Shown piece by piece: positions 51,201 to 64,000 of a stretch of 64,000 nucleotides of DNA. Source of the stretch: Podospora anserina (Eukaryota); contig CM030335.1 of the NCBI GenBank assembly GCA_017654855.1, positions 3,038,001 through 3,102,000 of the forward strand, written 5' to 3'. The position numbers were made by a program, and so were the translations under genes. The notes under the pieces are model-generated. The model saw nothing but the letters and a program-made list of their open reading frames with translations. It was not told where the DNA came from and made no database searches. Every line of letters begins with the position of its first letter. The stretch's first letter is position 1.

Positions 51201-54200
51201 CCCGGTTTTCAGGAATTGGCCATCAGGGTCCTTGGTACCAGTACCTCTTTGATAGGGAATTTGTAAAGACAGGTGGTTTTCCTAATCTGGCTGAAGTCGT
51301 TGAGAGACCTGTAACAAGACTATCGAAGAGGGACATTTACCTGATAGAAAGTACAGCGCAGATTTCTTGTTCTCAGCCACGCAAACGTGGCGGGAAGGTC
51401 GGTTGGACAGATCCCATGGCCGTGTTCCCATCCCTTTCCCCATCATTGGTTGCAAAGCCACTTCAACATTTGCATCAACCAGCCCGTGTCTTGCGCATGT
51501 CACGAGGCTGAAATTCAGAATACCCAATTTCCAGGGAGCATATGCGCCCCGTTCCCAAGCCCACGACGTCGATATTACCAGGTTCCGTCAACCACTGCGC
51601 TGGAAGAATCTGGGGAAAGCGACGAGTGCTGATTGTGAGATAACAAGGGGGAAATTCGACCTGATTTTGGCAAGAGAGAGTGGATGAATCACCTCCAAAC
51701 TACCGGAACAGCAGGGCCGCTTCCGCTGACAGGGACCGTGGCGGCGGCACAGTTGCCTGTGAGCAAGAAGAGGTCTTGGCCACAGCATCTCTAACTCGGT
51801 TTTGGCAGTGATGAAGGCTGTTGTCAATCCTCGGCGTGGGGTGGTGCGCGTGTTGGCTCATGCGAAGGGGAGGAGCATGAAACCATTTCAGAGCTGGCAG
51901 AAGAAAGGTCAGATATCCCAAAAACAAATCTGAGAACTGCGAATCAATGCAAGACAAAAGACGCAATCTGTGTCTGGCGGTCCATCATCATCATACGCTG
52001 TGCCAGGTCGGGCCCAGACTGTGACTTCAGGCCGATGTTCGGGCTGTTGTTGGTTGCAGATGCTTCCAGGGTCCAGTCAGTATGTGATATCGTGGTGCCG
52101 AGGGGCTGGGGTCGTCAGATATCCCGTGCTTGGTGTTGCGATAGGAGGAGAGACGGGGCGCATATGAATTATGAGTGTCTGCCTGATGGTATTTGAGAAG
52201 CGACGTGATATCGAGCCCCGCGCGAGTGCGTTCATCGCCTTGAACAGCTGGCGTGAGGGATTGGTTGCGACAATCGGAATGGGGCCCAGCGGGATCACGA
52301 GGGCCAGCGGGGTGAAGGGGGCACAAAAGGAGAGCCAAGCCTGGAGCAAAAACACTCTGGAGGTGACCAAACACATCACCTGCCAGACCGACCACTCAGC
52401 GGTCGCCATCACAGGTCGTGTCAGCAAAACGAGAGTGCTGCTGTCACCGATTCGACCGCAGGCTTGTCCTAACCGGCGAATTGGTCCTCTGGCCTCGCTA
52501 TTCTGGTCTCTTGGAGCGCTTTCAACAAGAGGCGTCACGGCGTGTGTTGATTTTCCACTGGCATTGAGCCTAGAGGTGAGCTTGGGGCTGCTGACTGATG
52601 GTGACGTCTCTGTGTCTGTAATTTGGGGAAATGCCATAGGCTGGGGGCGGCGAATGGGCAATTCACGAGGCCGGCTCGTGATCACGGGTTGATCAACAAC
52701 AGGCACGCTGGCGCGCCTCAGAAAGCCGTGGGCCGAATTTACTGGCGGACCAGCGACCCGCTGAGACGGCGGCTTCAGGTGAGCGCTGGTGGCGATTTGT
52801 GGGGAAAAAAGGCCTAGGCTTCCCCAGCCAGAGCACCTGACTTCTGGCTCGACAGACAGCAGGGCACCCGACGCAAGGCTCCCTCCTGACTGAACACTCT
52901 CGAAGGGAGATGGCCGTTTTGAGGACCTGGGAAGAGCTCAGATGGACGCAAATGTGAGCAACGGCAAAGCAAAACGTTTCTCATGAGCACAGCAAAAACA
53001 AGACGCTGCTGGCTTGTGCCGGCAGATTTCCCCGGGCGCTCTCTGTCTTGTCTTTTTCAGGGAATTGCTTCTCTTTTGGATGCTTGGCGCCATATCAACG
53101 TGACCTCCATTCCTTTCCGGGTATTAGCTAAACCTTTTGGGAAAGTTACCATCCCCCCTTGGCAGAAGAACACCGTTTGCGAAAACGCGCATGATCCCAC
53201 ACAAGCCGAGAGTGAGCCCGAACCCCACGGCAAGACAAACTGCCCAGAATGGTTAGCCTGAACTGTATAACGCTAAGCTATCTGGGGCACCATCTTCTTC
53301 ATACTCTTGCCCCATAAGGATAAGTGTCAACCCACTCTAGCTCAAGGCTTTTCGGTCCGTTCGTGCGTGCGAATTGCACACTTATCCCTGAGTCCCGAGA
53401 AGCCAAAACCCCTTGCCCAGGTGTCAGAACTGCCCTCAAGAGTTCGTCAGAGCAAGCGTCCTGTCTGTCGCAGCAAGAATAGGTGGCCGCGTGTGCCCTT
53501 CATAGATCACAAGCTCGTCCGTTTTCACAAGGGGCATCAAAGAAAAGGAAGAAAAGGAGGGCTTTTGCTGACAATAACGACGGGAGTTTTTGCGGGGAAA
53601 GAGTGACTTTTGGAAGAGAACCTGGAACCTTCAGGTGCCTTTTAACCCCCCCTGCTTTCAGGTCCCTGTCGGTACGTCGGGAACTTGTTGTCTTGTACAT
53701 GTACCGGCGACTGCGAGCGACAGGGATAAGGTACGCTGACAGGGGGCGCTCTCAGGTCGTGGGTACCTGCCCAAGGCAATTGGTTTTATTCACCGCGCAA
53801 TTGAAATCCACTCCCCACCCAACTCCCACGCACCCAGGGCCGATCCACCACTCGGCGTCCCTACAATTGCCTTATTACATGAACATCCGCTCCCCACCAC
53901 ACACACCTCCCTTTCCTCTCCATCTCTGGTCTACCACCAACCGACCTTGAACCAACATCGTCGACATTCGATATTCGATCACCAGCAATAACTACCTGCT
54001 CTTCGAATCGAAGCTACAGTGTTACTGACGAACAAGACTTTCGCTGCGACTCACTCCATCAGTCGTCGCCGCACAGAAAAAGAGAAAACGTCGACGGGTC
54101 CACCAACAGTTTGAACTGGAAGGTCGACTAGGAGGAACAGACTTCGACTACAGTCACCACAACCAGAGTTTCCAGACGTCCATCCGAGCCAATACGAGCA

Positions 54201-54395
54201 ATCCGCCAGGTCTCGAACGTGCGCCGTTGGTGAAGAGCAGATCCCCAAAAACGTACGGATCGCTTCGAACCCTTTTGATTCCTTCAAATACGTGGGACCG
54301 ACCTTCGCGATCGACCGTCGCGAATAATTTGCCACGATTCATCCTGACTGCACTGTAGAATCTGCTCGAGCACCCGAGCAGCCACAGCAGTCATC

Positions 54396-56219
54396 ATGCC
54401 GCAGTCCTTAGAGATACCCGTGCTCACAGTGGATGCCAATGTCATTCACAAGGTGGACACCACCAATCCAGAGAACCTATTCAGCATGTGGACAGGTGAG
54501 TTTCTGACTCGACTCGGCTCTCTGCGGCCCAAGTCGTGCTAACACACTATCGCAGTTTTCGCCAGATGCCGTGACTCAGTTGCCCACGGCAGAAGACTAG
54601 AAAACCTCAGCTGGCGCCTCTGGAACAGAGAAACCTTTTGCTGCGAGAACGGTGAAGTTCTCGTCTCGTCCTCCGCCACAAGCCAACCCCGAGATATTCA
54701 GTATCCTCGCGGCGCGAGCGATGAGGAGCTTCCGCAGCTCTCCGCCAGCGTCGACTCGGTCGCTGACGAAGAGGCCGTTGACCTTTCATCCGAGCAAGCC
54801 CCCTTGGACATTGTACGCCCAAGAATACTCAGACAGGATTCTTGCGCCAGCAGCCGTAGTCGAGGCCGTGAAAGGCACATCACTTCGGACGAGTTGGAGA
54901 AGATGGTCGTTCAGATCATGGATGGAAAGGCCCCTCTTCAACCCATTGAGTACACGCTCCCTGCATCGATCGAAGAGAAGCCATCGTGCCCACCCGACAG
55001 CGAACACTCCGGCTCCACTACCGACGAATCCCCCCAGACCTCCGAACACAACACTCCTCATTCCCTGCCCTCGGAGCCCGAAAACACTCCCGAGGAGCCG
55101 GCAATGCAGACAATTGTGACCCGTGGCTTTTCCACCTCTCCGTTGCCTGCGTGCCGTATCACCTCGCCAGCCGCTTCTCCCGCTCCTCACAATGACGCCA
55201 TCCCTCTTCCTACTGAGGCCCCAGCGCCCAAGTTTGTCCAGCCCAAGAAGCAAGCTGCGAGGTTTGCTCTTGGCGGTTCTGGGTCGTGCTCATCGGGCTC
55301 AGATAACTCCTACAGCCCCGAAAAGGTCGAGATCAGGAAGCAGGTCCCGACCAAGTCCAAGATGTTCCAGCTTGGAGTTGCCTCGTCAGACGAGGATGGA
55401 TCTCTCAAGGTCCCCGAAGTCCTCAACAGAGCCCCCTCCGTGATGAACGCGCACAAGAAGACTGCTTCCTTCAACAACGAGGTGGTTACCCAAACATTTG
55501 AGTCTTCTGCTATCAGTGACTCTGAGTCCGAGTATCTTGACGAGAGCGCAATCGATGATGATGAGGATGACTGGGAGGAGGACGAGTCGGCCGAGGAGAG
55601 TGGCAAGTCAAGCATGGAGGACAAGATCCACTTCAAGCGCGTTGACTCAACTGCCAACCTTACCTCAAGGCGATCTCTCCTTACTCTCGCTTTGGCGGGC
55701 AACAGCGGTCTTAGCCGTGCTCAAAAGTACTCCAATATTGCTTCGCAGTCTACCTCGGCCATCCCCCGCACTCGGGCCGCACTTAACGGACCATCCGTCG
55801 TCACTTCCCCGAATGACTCGGATGACGCCCCACTCATGATGAAGAACAGGGGCCCTTCTCGCGCCCCCCCAATGCGCCCGATCACCGAGATTCCTCGGTC
55901 CCAAGCTCAGCCCATCAACACAATGGCCATGGGGATGCACCATCAGGCCGCCTTCTCCCCGCGCACCACTCGGCGCAACATGCTGGCTACCGAGCTCACA
56001 GAGTCTCTCCGAAGAAACCTTCTCCACGAACGGTCGCAAAAAACGTCGACTGCTAATGCCGTCCTTAAGCGACGCCACACTTCCCACGATGTTGCCAATC
56101 TCAAGCAATATCCAGAACGTCCTTACATGAAGAAGGACAACGAGACCAACAACCGGGTCTGGGACGACCAAGTCTTCGACAAGAACGCCTTCACCGGCTA
56201 CCATGCTCAAGGCTGGTAA
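54396..56219 (+). CDS. DUF1752 (AreA N-terminal-like) plus DUF3295 protein, Mks1-like nutrient-signalling regulator
   Basis: The true start is missed by the ORF track: MPQSLEIPVLTVD...NLFSMWT, intron 54496-54555 (GTGAGT..GCTAAC..CAG), then VFARCRDSVAHGRRLENLSWRLW (DUF1752 signature). C-terminal SPRTTRRNMLATELTESLRRNLL and YHAQGW* match DUF3295. Confidence 0.9.
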
Positions 56220-59200
56220 ACACCCACCGGCCAAACACATCAACCACGACATATAACCCATCATCGCACATAACACACACGTCTTTACTTTTAAGATACC
56301 CAGGGAGGCAGCAACCGTGGCATCTGGCAAGCGGTCATGCTGTCGTGTATTATTTTTTGATTCGAGCATTTGCGAAAGCGGCTACGGTTTTACGACACAT
56401 CATTCATGAATCGGAAGGCGTTTTGCAGTTTAATGGGCATCTTTTCATTCCGGCATTGCATTCATCAATTCGACCCCTTAATATCTGGGAGGTGGGAAAG
56501 GTTAAACTAATTTGGGGGTCGAATGGTCTTGGGCTTGGCATGGCTATGGTTTTTGACCGATGTTTACAATGGATGGCATCACTGCCCTCGGGCTCTCTTT
56601 GGTTGGGAGAGCTTTTCTGCTTTTCATCATTGTGCAAACATTTGAACCGGCGTTTTTCTTTTTCTTTTTTGGGTTTGGGGTCACATGATACCACGATCAG
56701 TCAGCATTGTTTTTTTCCCGACCTGATCGACTGTTTTCATCTTCTGTCATAGCAATTGGTCATGGGATTGGGCCATTGCAAGTTTTTTTTTTCTTTCTTC
56801 ACATGCACACACAACACACCACGCATCAACAAAAAAAAGAGGAGCAACGAAAAAGGGTCGGACGGACTGGCGGTGGGCTTTAGGTGGGCGGGGGTGTATG
56901 TACGTTATGGCTGAGCCGGATCGGACCCTTCTCCTGGTCGTGGTGGTGGTGGTTGGCAAAGTTGTGTGGGGCATGCAGAGCTAGCAAGGAGGAAGGGGTG
57001 GTGGGTGGTGGTGACAAAAAAGTATTGCGTGTTGCAAAACACTGCGGGCTGGATGGATGGAGGGAGATGGGGGGAAAGAATAGGAAGCTAAAATTCCATG
57101 ATTATGAAAAGGAAAATGGAACAAAAAAAAACAGAAATTAACTCAAAAAGAACAGAACAAAACAAAATGAAAATTATTATGACAACTTGTTGTGCTTATT
57201 GCTTGATTGTGACTGCTACGATGATTTGATGATCCTTTAAGGAGCGGTATTGTGTCACCTTATCCTAGGTCCGGGAACATACGGCACTGTTAAATGTCAA
57301 CAACGTCTTGGTGGTGCATGGCATGATGAAAATGCGGGGAAGTGTAGTGTCTGTTCCATGATGAGAGGGGTGCCATGATCCACGTTTTTCCAATCTTGAA
57401 GCCTGGGAAAAGCATGTGAAATTCCATTTTACATGGACTTTTACACATGACATGTCTCTGGTACCTGATGTCTTTTGACAATTTGACATTTGACATTTGG
57501 CACAATGCGGGGGAAGGCTTCGACGGGGAAAAGAAGGGGGTGTTCGAGATCGCCTCCCGTGGTGGTGGGTGTAGTGGTACGATGTTTCTTTGCTGTGGTC
57601 ACAGTGTGCACAAATGGGCGGTGTTTTGTTTGGGAGTTTCAAAAGGGGGTTGCCTTTTGCATTGATGAGGACTCGTGATAAAGATATTCCATATCTTGTG
57701 ATGGGGACGTAGTTGTGATGAGGACAGGGGGACGTGTGAGTTGGTTTAACGGCTCGTAGGTAGGCAGGTAGGTAGGTCTCCGCTTTATCCCGGTATATTC
57801 TCATTGTGTTTTTCGAACTTCAGATGGTCGTCGGTCTGCTGCTAAGCAGGCTCTGCGTCATGTTTCGTGAAAGTTTTGACATGTGAAGCTCTTGTTTCTT
57901 TCTCTCTCCCACGAAGGGGTGGCTGTATGCTGCAACTTAGTAACCGTTTCCTTCCTGTCACGGGGAAAGAAAAAGACGTTTTTTCTTTGTTTCTTCACGG
58001 ATCCTCCACAAAACCAGTTGCTTACCTATATTAGGGACCACGTGTATTTGTGGTGGACTCTAGGTGAACAAAGGAATCAAGCCTTGGGATGGGGGATGCC
58101 ACCTCGATCAGGGTCTTGAGATCTGATTGCCCTAGGCTTTTGGGCTTGTCTGATGACAAGTTTCTGAGATCTGGACAGCCAGTGGCCATGCTCTGGATCC
58201 TGGCCTTGGAATATCTTGACCGTTTTGTGAGGATTATTATGTGCTGTTGCTTTGATATGAATCTCTAAATCCGTACATCAACCTTGAATGGTACAAACCA
58301 TGAATACAAACAAATTACCCGGACACCTCCCCCTCCTACCCAACCCTTCCCCGGCATGGTGTGTGCAAATGTCACTTTACCAGGGGCGTCGTTAATTCTT
58401 CCCATGACAGGTACTTCGGTACCTGCCTCCCTCCACCATCCATTGGCTTTCAAGCTACGCGCACTACCGAACGGGTACGACTTTATCCCCTCCATTTTGC
58501 CGGTTGGTGAGGCTGCCAGCTGCTCCTCCCAAGGGTCCAGAACACCCCCCATTCGAAAACCTCAGACCAGAAGCATATCTTTGTTGTCCAAAGGGGTGTG
58601 TTGCATTCATCTCCACTGCCGGGCAGTATACCCTCTCAATTGCTCGGTTTGGGGGAAACCTAAGATGATGAGAACTGATGAGAGTGTTGCCGCCATATTG
58701 CTGAGTTGTCCAGAGCCTTAGGGTAGTAGAATAGGCATTGAAAACCCTGTGGTACTACCTGACTGCGAGGGCGGGTGGCACCCTACCAACGGTTTGAGCG
58801 CATCTCCCCGGGGTCTAGAATTCTGTGTTGCCGGCGTGAAGAAGTGAAGCCCGGAAACAACAGCGGAGGGTGCCTTGCCATGCCCACGTTTTCGGTCATT
58901 GTCCATGCCTGGCTGTCCTTTTTGTTTACCCCGGAATGTGGCGGTCTTTGAACCATGGTTTGCATCATCTCCCGGCCATTGTCTTTCAGGGGCACCGGGC
59001 CGTGGAGGTCAGTGGAAGAAACGCCAGTTCAACCATTGTTGTTTGCAAAGGTGTCAAAAAGGGGGTAGCGCTGAGAAGAGGTCATGAGGTTATGAGAGAT
59101 TTTGAAGAATGTCAATGCATGCAGGCTCGCCAGGAATCTGATGAGACTAGGCCCAATTGTCAGTTGGGCAGAGGTGAGGGTGGATATGATATATGCGGCA

Positions 59201-60149
59201 CAAGAGCAAACGAGATCCCGAGACATACATTGCTTGCTTGACCCGCATTGAAGCGACGCCTCTATTGCCTGCACAACATACTCGCCGTCAGATCCACCTT
59301 GATCAAGAGCTCGCGGCTGCCGGTGTTTGCCGGTGTCGATAGACACCGTCTCAGCCTTTCCTTGTTGGTGATTTTGCGTGGCTGTTAGTGTGAGTGTGTA
59401 TTATTTTTGTTACTCAACCCATATAGGTAGGGCCCCTGAATATCAACTTTGACGATGGCAGCGTAAGCAGCGCGCGATGATGTCTGAGTGAAGTCTGGGG
59501 TCAATCGGTCCACCGATCCGGGGTCTCCGGAGCCCCGCATCGGGCGGCTGCGGGGTGAACAGACAAGGCCACGAGGGTGCTCAAAGACTTTAAACCGGAA
59601 AGTCAAAGTACAATGGTGAAAGGCTGACAAAACGGACCTAGAAGCGGTAGAGCTTGCGGCGGTTATCGTGTGTATGGGAAAACGGTAAGAGTTACGAAAA
59701 CAGGCAGCTATCGACGGAGATGTCGATGGCTGATGTTGAAGGCAGTAGCTGAAGGTGGGGCCAATGGGAGACAGCATCTTGAATAAGCCCCACTATTCAC
59801 CCGTTTGGTTACTTGCTGACATGGGACTCTCTTAGATGACTGGTAATTCGGACTAGCTCCTAGCTAGACTTGCTATACCCAAGGCTCCCGCCTATTTGCG
59901 ATTTTCTAATTTTTATTTTTTAATTAATATTTTTTTATTTACTTATAAATATCTGGGCTACATACTACTAATATATACATCTTAAGCATTACTTAATTAA
60001 TTATTACGCAGTTTAAAAATTTAGGCATAAAATAACCAATATAATTAAAGTTACAATATTGATTAGATTAAGGGATTATATAAGTACGTATATCTAAGTA
60101 ATTATTAAAATTGGTCTCTGTGAAGCCTATTTTACAGTGGGTTTACTGC

Positions 60150-60576
60150 TGTAATACTACGTCTATTACGGTTTTAGGAGTAAGTGAAGACGCAAAGAAT
60201 TAATCAGGACTGGACCGGGCGATTGAGCGGGGTCACGGTCTAGGTAAACAAAATAAACTAATAACGAACCAGGATTATTTAGAGGTGGCTTTAACTAGTA
60301 TCCTTTTTAAAGGTTCTAGATAGGGGCTTGTTACAATATGGCGTCGGTTAAGATAGAATTAGTGCTGACAGCTAAAATATCTCGTACGGCACTTACCCGG
60401 CAACCCTACAAGGTATCTACTAATGCTATAAGCTTTTTCGAGGCCTTACATCTAGCGCTACCGTGGACTAAAATGGCTTAGATTTTATATTTAGACTATT
60501 AAAGGCCCTATAAGTACCCTATAGAAGTTATGTCCTAACGGGCTTATAATTACCCGTACTTATAGTAAGCCGGTAG
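60150..60576 (+). mobile_element. Putative 5' LTR (60150-60335), primer-binding site and start of the internal region of an older LTR retrotransposon, interrupted at 60577
   Basis: Termini TGTAAT...GTTACA (inverted repeat allowing one C>T), followed 3 nt later by TGGCGTCGG, consistent with a PBS complementary to a tRNA CCA end. Confidence 0.5.
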
Positions 60577-63500
60577 TGTCACAATTAACCTAACGGCAGG
60601 TCGCGCCACATATGGGGCGCAGGTCGCCCCTAGCTAATTATTCAGGAAGTTAGGGAACAAGCCGATTAGGGCTAGGCAAAAGTGCTATAGCGCTAAGGCT
60701 TACGAGCAGTCTGCAGGATGCAAGATACTAGGGATGATCAGAGGCATAGCACGATAAGCACAATGCAAATGCAATGTACTAGGAGTAATTAAAGGTATAG
60801 CACGACGAGTATAATACAGGATACAATGTACTAAAAGTGATCGGGCCTATAGTAAGGCGAGCACCTTACGGCTCTAAGGTTTATATATACGGAGGAACTA
60901 ACTAGTATAAATAAATAGTTCCGCAATATATAATTTAAGTTTATATTTATAGTAATTAATATTTATATTAAAATATTTTATTATATACTATTTAGCTATA
61001 CTAAATTAATTATTAAAAATTATTTTTAATTAATATCCCTTTTAAAAGTTCTATATAGGGGTTTATTATACGTTATATACTTACTTTAACTTTATTACGG
61101 ATAAATTAAAGGTATTTTTTTATTACTATAGTTTAACCCGAAAATATTTAAATAAAAAGCGTCCCGCTTAATTTAATTATCGAGGGACTTTCTACGGTAG
61201 ACGCTAAGTCTAGGGTTACCACGGCTTAATAGCTTATCGATCGCGTTAAAGAACTTAAGGCCGAAGCCTAATAAACTAGGGAGCAGGTTCTTACTCTTTC
61301 GGCGGCTAGGCCCACGTATATAACTAAGTTCCCGGCACCGGAGCGTTATAGAGGCGGAAAGGCAGAGTTTAAAGGTTTTTTAATCTAGCTTAAAACCTAC
61401 TTTCGTTATTACCTAAAATAGTTCGATACGGAGGAGTCGAAAGTAATATATATAGCTACCCGGCTTAAAAATAAAATTTTTATTTAGTTCGAACCTATTT
61501 TTAATAACTATTATAAAGTAATAGCGGAGAACTAAGAAAAAATTACTATTTAGTATTTTCGGAATTACCGAACTTTTAAAGTAAAGTTTAAGGAAGTATT
61601 TAAGGAATATAATAAGGGTAAGCGTATATAAAAGAGATTCGCGAATTTACGGTAAATACATTTAATAACGGAATATACTATTTAATTTAAAATTAATAAT
61701 TTACGTAACGAAATTAATAATAAAGGGTTAATATAAACTTTTTATAATAGTTTTAAAGAAAAAGTAAAGAACGAATTATATAAAGAGAAAAGGCTTAATA
61801 CTATCGATAAATATATTACTATAGCTATATAGATCGACGATAAATAATTCTAACGTCGTATAAAAAAAAAAACTATAATAATTAAGGTTATTATAGAAAT
61901 TATTACTTTAATAATAAACGTAAGCGGTAATACCTAACTATTAATTACTTTAATACTATATACTCGGGACCTATAAATATTAACGTTATATAATAATAAA
62001 GGCCGTAAAGTTAGGGCTAGGGTAAAAATAATTATAAATATTTTAATTATAGTAAAATAAAATATTTTAAAAAAGATTATCGGGTATTTAAGTAATTTAA
62101 ATAGAAAAAAAAGATCGCCGTAATAACTATTATATCGAGGGGACCGAAGGTTATAAAGGTTATAATTATTGGGTATTAGTAAAGCGAAATAGTAAGCTTC
62201 GAGGAAGATTTTAATTAATATATTAAATAAGAGGAAATAGAGTTTTAAGGGCTATAGAAAGTAATGGAAAAATTAAAGGCGGAATATAAAAAAGGAAACC
62301 TTTAAATATTAATATTTTAGGATCGATTAATATAAGTTACTATAGAAATTACTACGGAGGTTATTAAAAATAATAACGCTATATAATAAAAAAAACCTAT
62401 TAAGTAAATAATATTAAAGAAATAGTATAGTAAATATAAAATCGTTATTTTATAAAAAATATTATTATTTATAAAACTTATATATAAAAGCCGGGAAAAA
62501 TATTAAAAAAATAAAAAAGTCGTTAATATTAAAATCGTAAAGTTATTAAAAGATATATTTATATTTATATAATATATACTTTATAAAGGAAATATAATAT
62601 AATTTTATTTTAAATATCCGGAGTATCGGAAAATACTTTAGTTTTAATATATTATATATAAATATATAAAATATTATTAAAGTAAATTACTATATAATTA
62701 TTAATTATTATTATTAAAGTATATAAAATATTATATCGAATATATAAATAGCTAAAATATAAATAATAATATATATTTTTAGGAAAAAATAATATTAGAT
62801 TAATACTTAAGTTTAGATTACGTATTATATTTATAAAAAAAAAAAAAATAATATTATTAAATAAAAATATTTAGGTAAACGATTAAATAAAAGAACTATT
62901 ATCGGATATATATATAGGAAAATACTAAATACGTAAAAGATAAAAAATAAAAGGAAGTTAAATAAATATAATTAAAAAACTTTATATTATTAAATAACCT
63001 AGAATAAAAAAATATTTTTAAATAATATAACCATTTAAAAAACGATTCGCGGCCCTTCGCGGGAACCGGTAACCTTTAACGGACTACGAACGGTATTTTC
63101 GGAAATATCGGTGTAAAGTAAAAGTATAGGATAACGACCCGGTATTCGTTAGCGAAATCGTTACTATATAGGGAGAAAGTAAAAAAAATAAATATTTTTA
63201 AATTATAATATATTAAAAAAATATTTAAGTAATAATATTAATAAATAAAAGTATAAAAATAAATTTAATTTTATTATAGTTTATATATTAAATTAAAATA
63301 TTATAAAAGAAAAAAAAAGAATAGATTATTATATAAAAATTATTTCTAACGTAAAAAGTTTATAAAAAAATATTACTTTTAAATATTATAATCGAAAGAA
63401 AAAATAATTTTAATTATATTTAATATTATAAATATAGGACCCTCGAAAAATATAATCCTAAGGTAATTATAATATAAAAATTATAATTTAAATATCGATT

Positions 63501-64000
63501 AAAGGGATAATAATTATTTATAATTAAAAGAACTTTAAAAGTATTTAATTAACGATAAAAAATTAAACGTACGTATAAAGTAAAGTATAAGATAAGTACC
63601 CTCTACGGTATTACCGTAAAAAGCTTAAAAAGTAATAATATATTTTATTAATATAAGTAATAAGATTGAAAAAATAAAGTTAATAACGTTAATAAAAATA
63701 TTAGAGGTTAATAAATATATTTATTATAATAATATAGAGAAAAGCGAAAAAAAAGTAATACCGATAGAATATTAAGGATATTTAGCTTTTACGGTTAAGT
63801 ATTTAAAAGGATTTTTAAAGCGAAGACCGTAGAACTATAAAATTAAGTTAAAAAAAGGAATTAAATTACGGTTATTTAAGGTTTATTATACTAACGATAA
63901 GTAAAGTAAAGAATTACGGAAATACTTAAACGAAAATTTAAAGAAAAGATATATTAAGGAGTCTATATTACTAATAAAATACTTTATATTTTTCGTACTA
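60577..64000 (+). mobile_element. RIP-inactivated Ty3/gypsy LTR retrotransposon (5' LTR, gag, protease, start of RT), truncated by the window end
   Basis: LTR starts TGTCAC at 60577 and ends at about 61077. Gag from about 61325 reads KFPAPERY.GGKAE.KGFL...KTYFRYY...FEP. RIP-altered GPMDID (about 61967) and CCHC knuckle (about 62035-62083). Pol reads RP*NYKI (RPWDHEI) and ELRKYLNENLKKRYIKES (ELRKYLDENL.KGYI.ES) at 63825-63963. Confidence 0.92.
60704..60866 (+). repeat. Three degenerate tandem copies of an approximately 52-bp unit inside the LTR
   Basis: Unit approximately CGAGCAnnnTGCAGGATGCAAnGTACTAGGAGTGATCnnAGGCATAGCACGA; copies differ largely by C>T and G>A changes. Confidence 0.8.

Larger units (their letters stand above)
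59895..64000. repeat. AT-rich RIP-mutated repeat block
   Basis: Abrupt switch to AT-rich sequence with TpA excess, near absence of CpA/TpG with CpG retained, and no ORFs in the track. Confidence 0.95.

Noticed and set aside
50398-52706. Overlapping 147-209 aa ORFs on both strands
   Set aside because: No domains, introns or codon polarity; compatible with chance ORFs in moderately GC-rich DNA.
35231-59894. tRNA, 5S rRNA, snRNA, TPP riboswitch, telomerase RNA template or CRISPR-like array in the non-coding regions
   Set aside because: GGTTCGA-like hits (40934, 50612, 54263) lack T-arm pairing and cloverleafs; no diagnostic motifs or repeat-spacer pattern were seen. The manual scan is not exhaustive.

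Overview
Eukaryotic DNA from a filamentous ascomycete (Sordariomycete-like, inferred from short GT..CTRAY..AG introns, gene content and RIP). 1-35 kb is gene-rich: VPS27 (-) head-to-head with DOA4/USP8 (+), an Faa1-type long-chain acyl-CoA synthetase (-), a broken HeLo-like/ankyrin pseudogene (-), a hypothetical gene (-), LSB5 (+), a CHY zinc-finger protein (+), and a divergent pair of a 14-TM MFS transporter (-) and an intronless membrane protein (+). About 19 kb with no recognisable gene then precedes a DUF1752/DUF3295 (Mks1-like) regulator (+). The last 4 kb is an AT-rich, RIP-mutated block of apparently nested LTR retrotransposons. The best candidate for something undescribed is the membrane protein at 33275-35230, which by eye is a TLC domain fused to a catalytically degenerate bacterial Lgt-like domain. 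All gene models and alignments were made by eye; no database searches were run.
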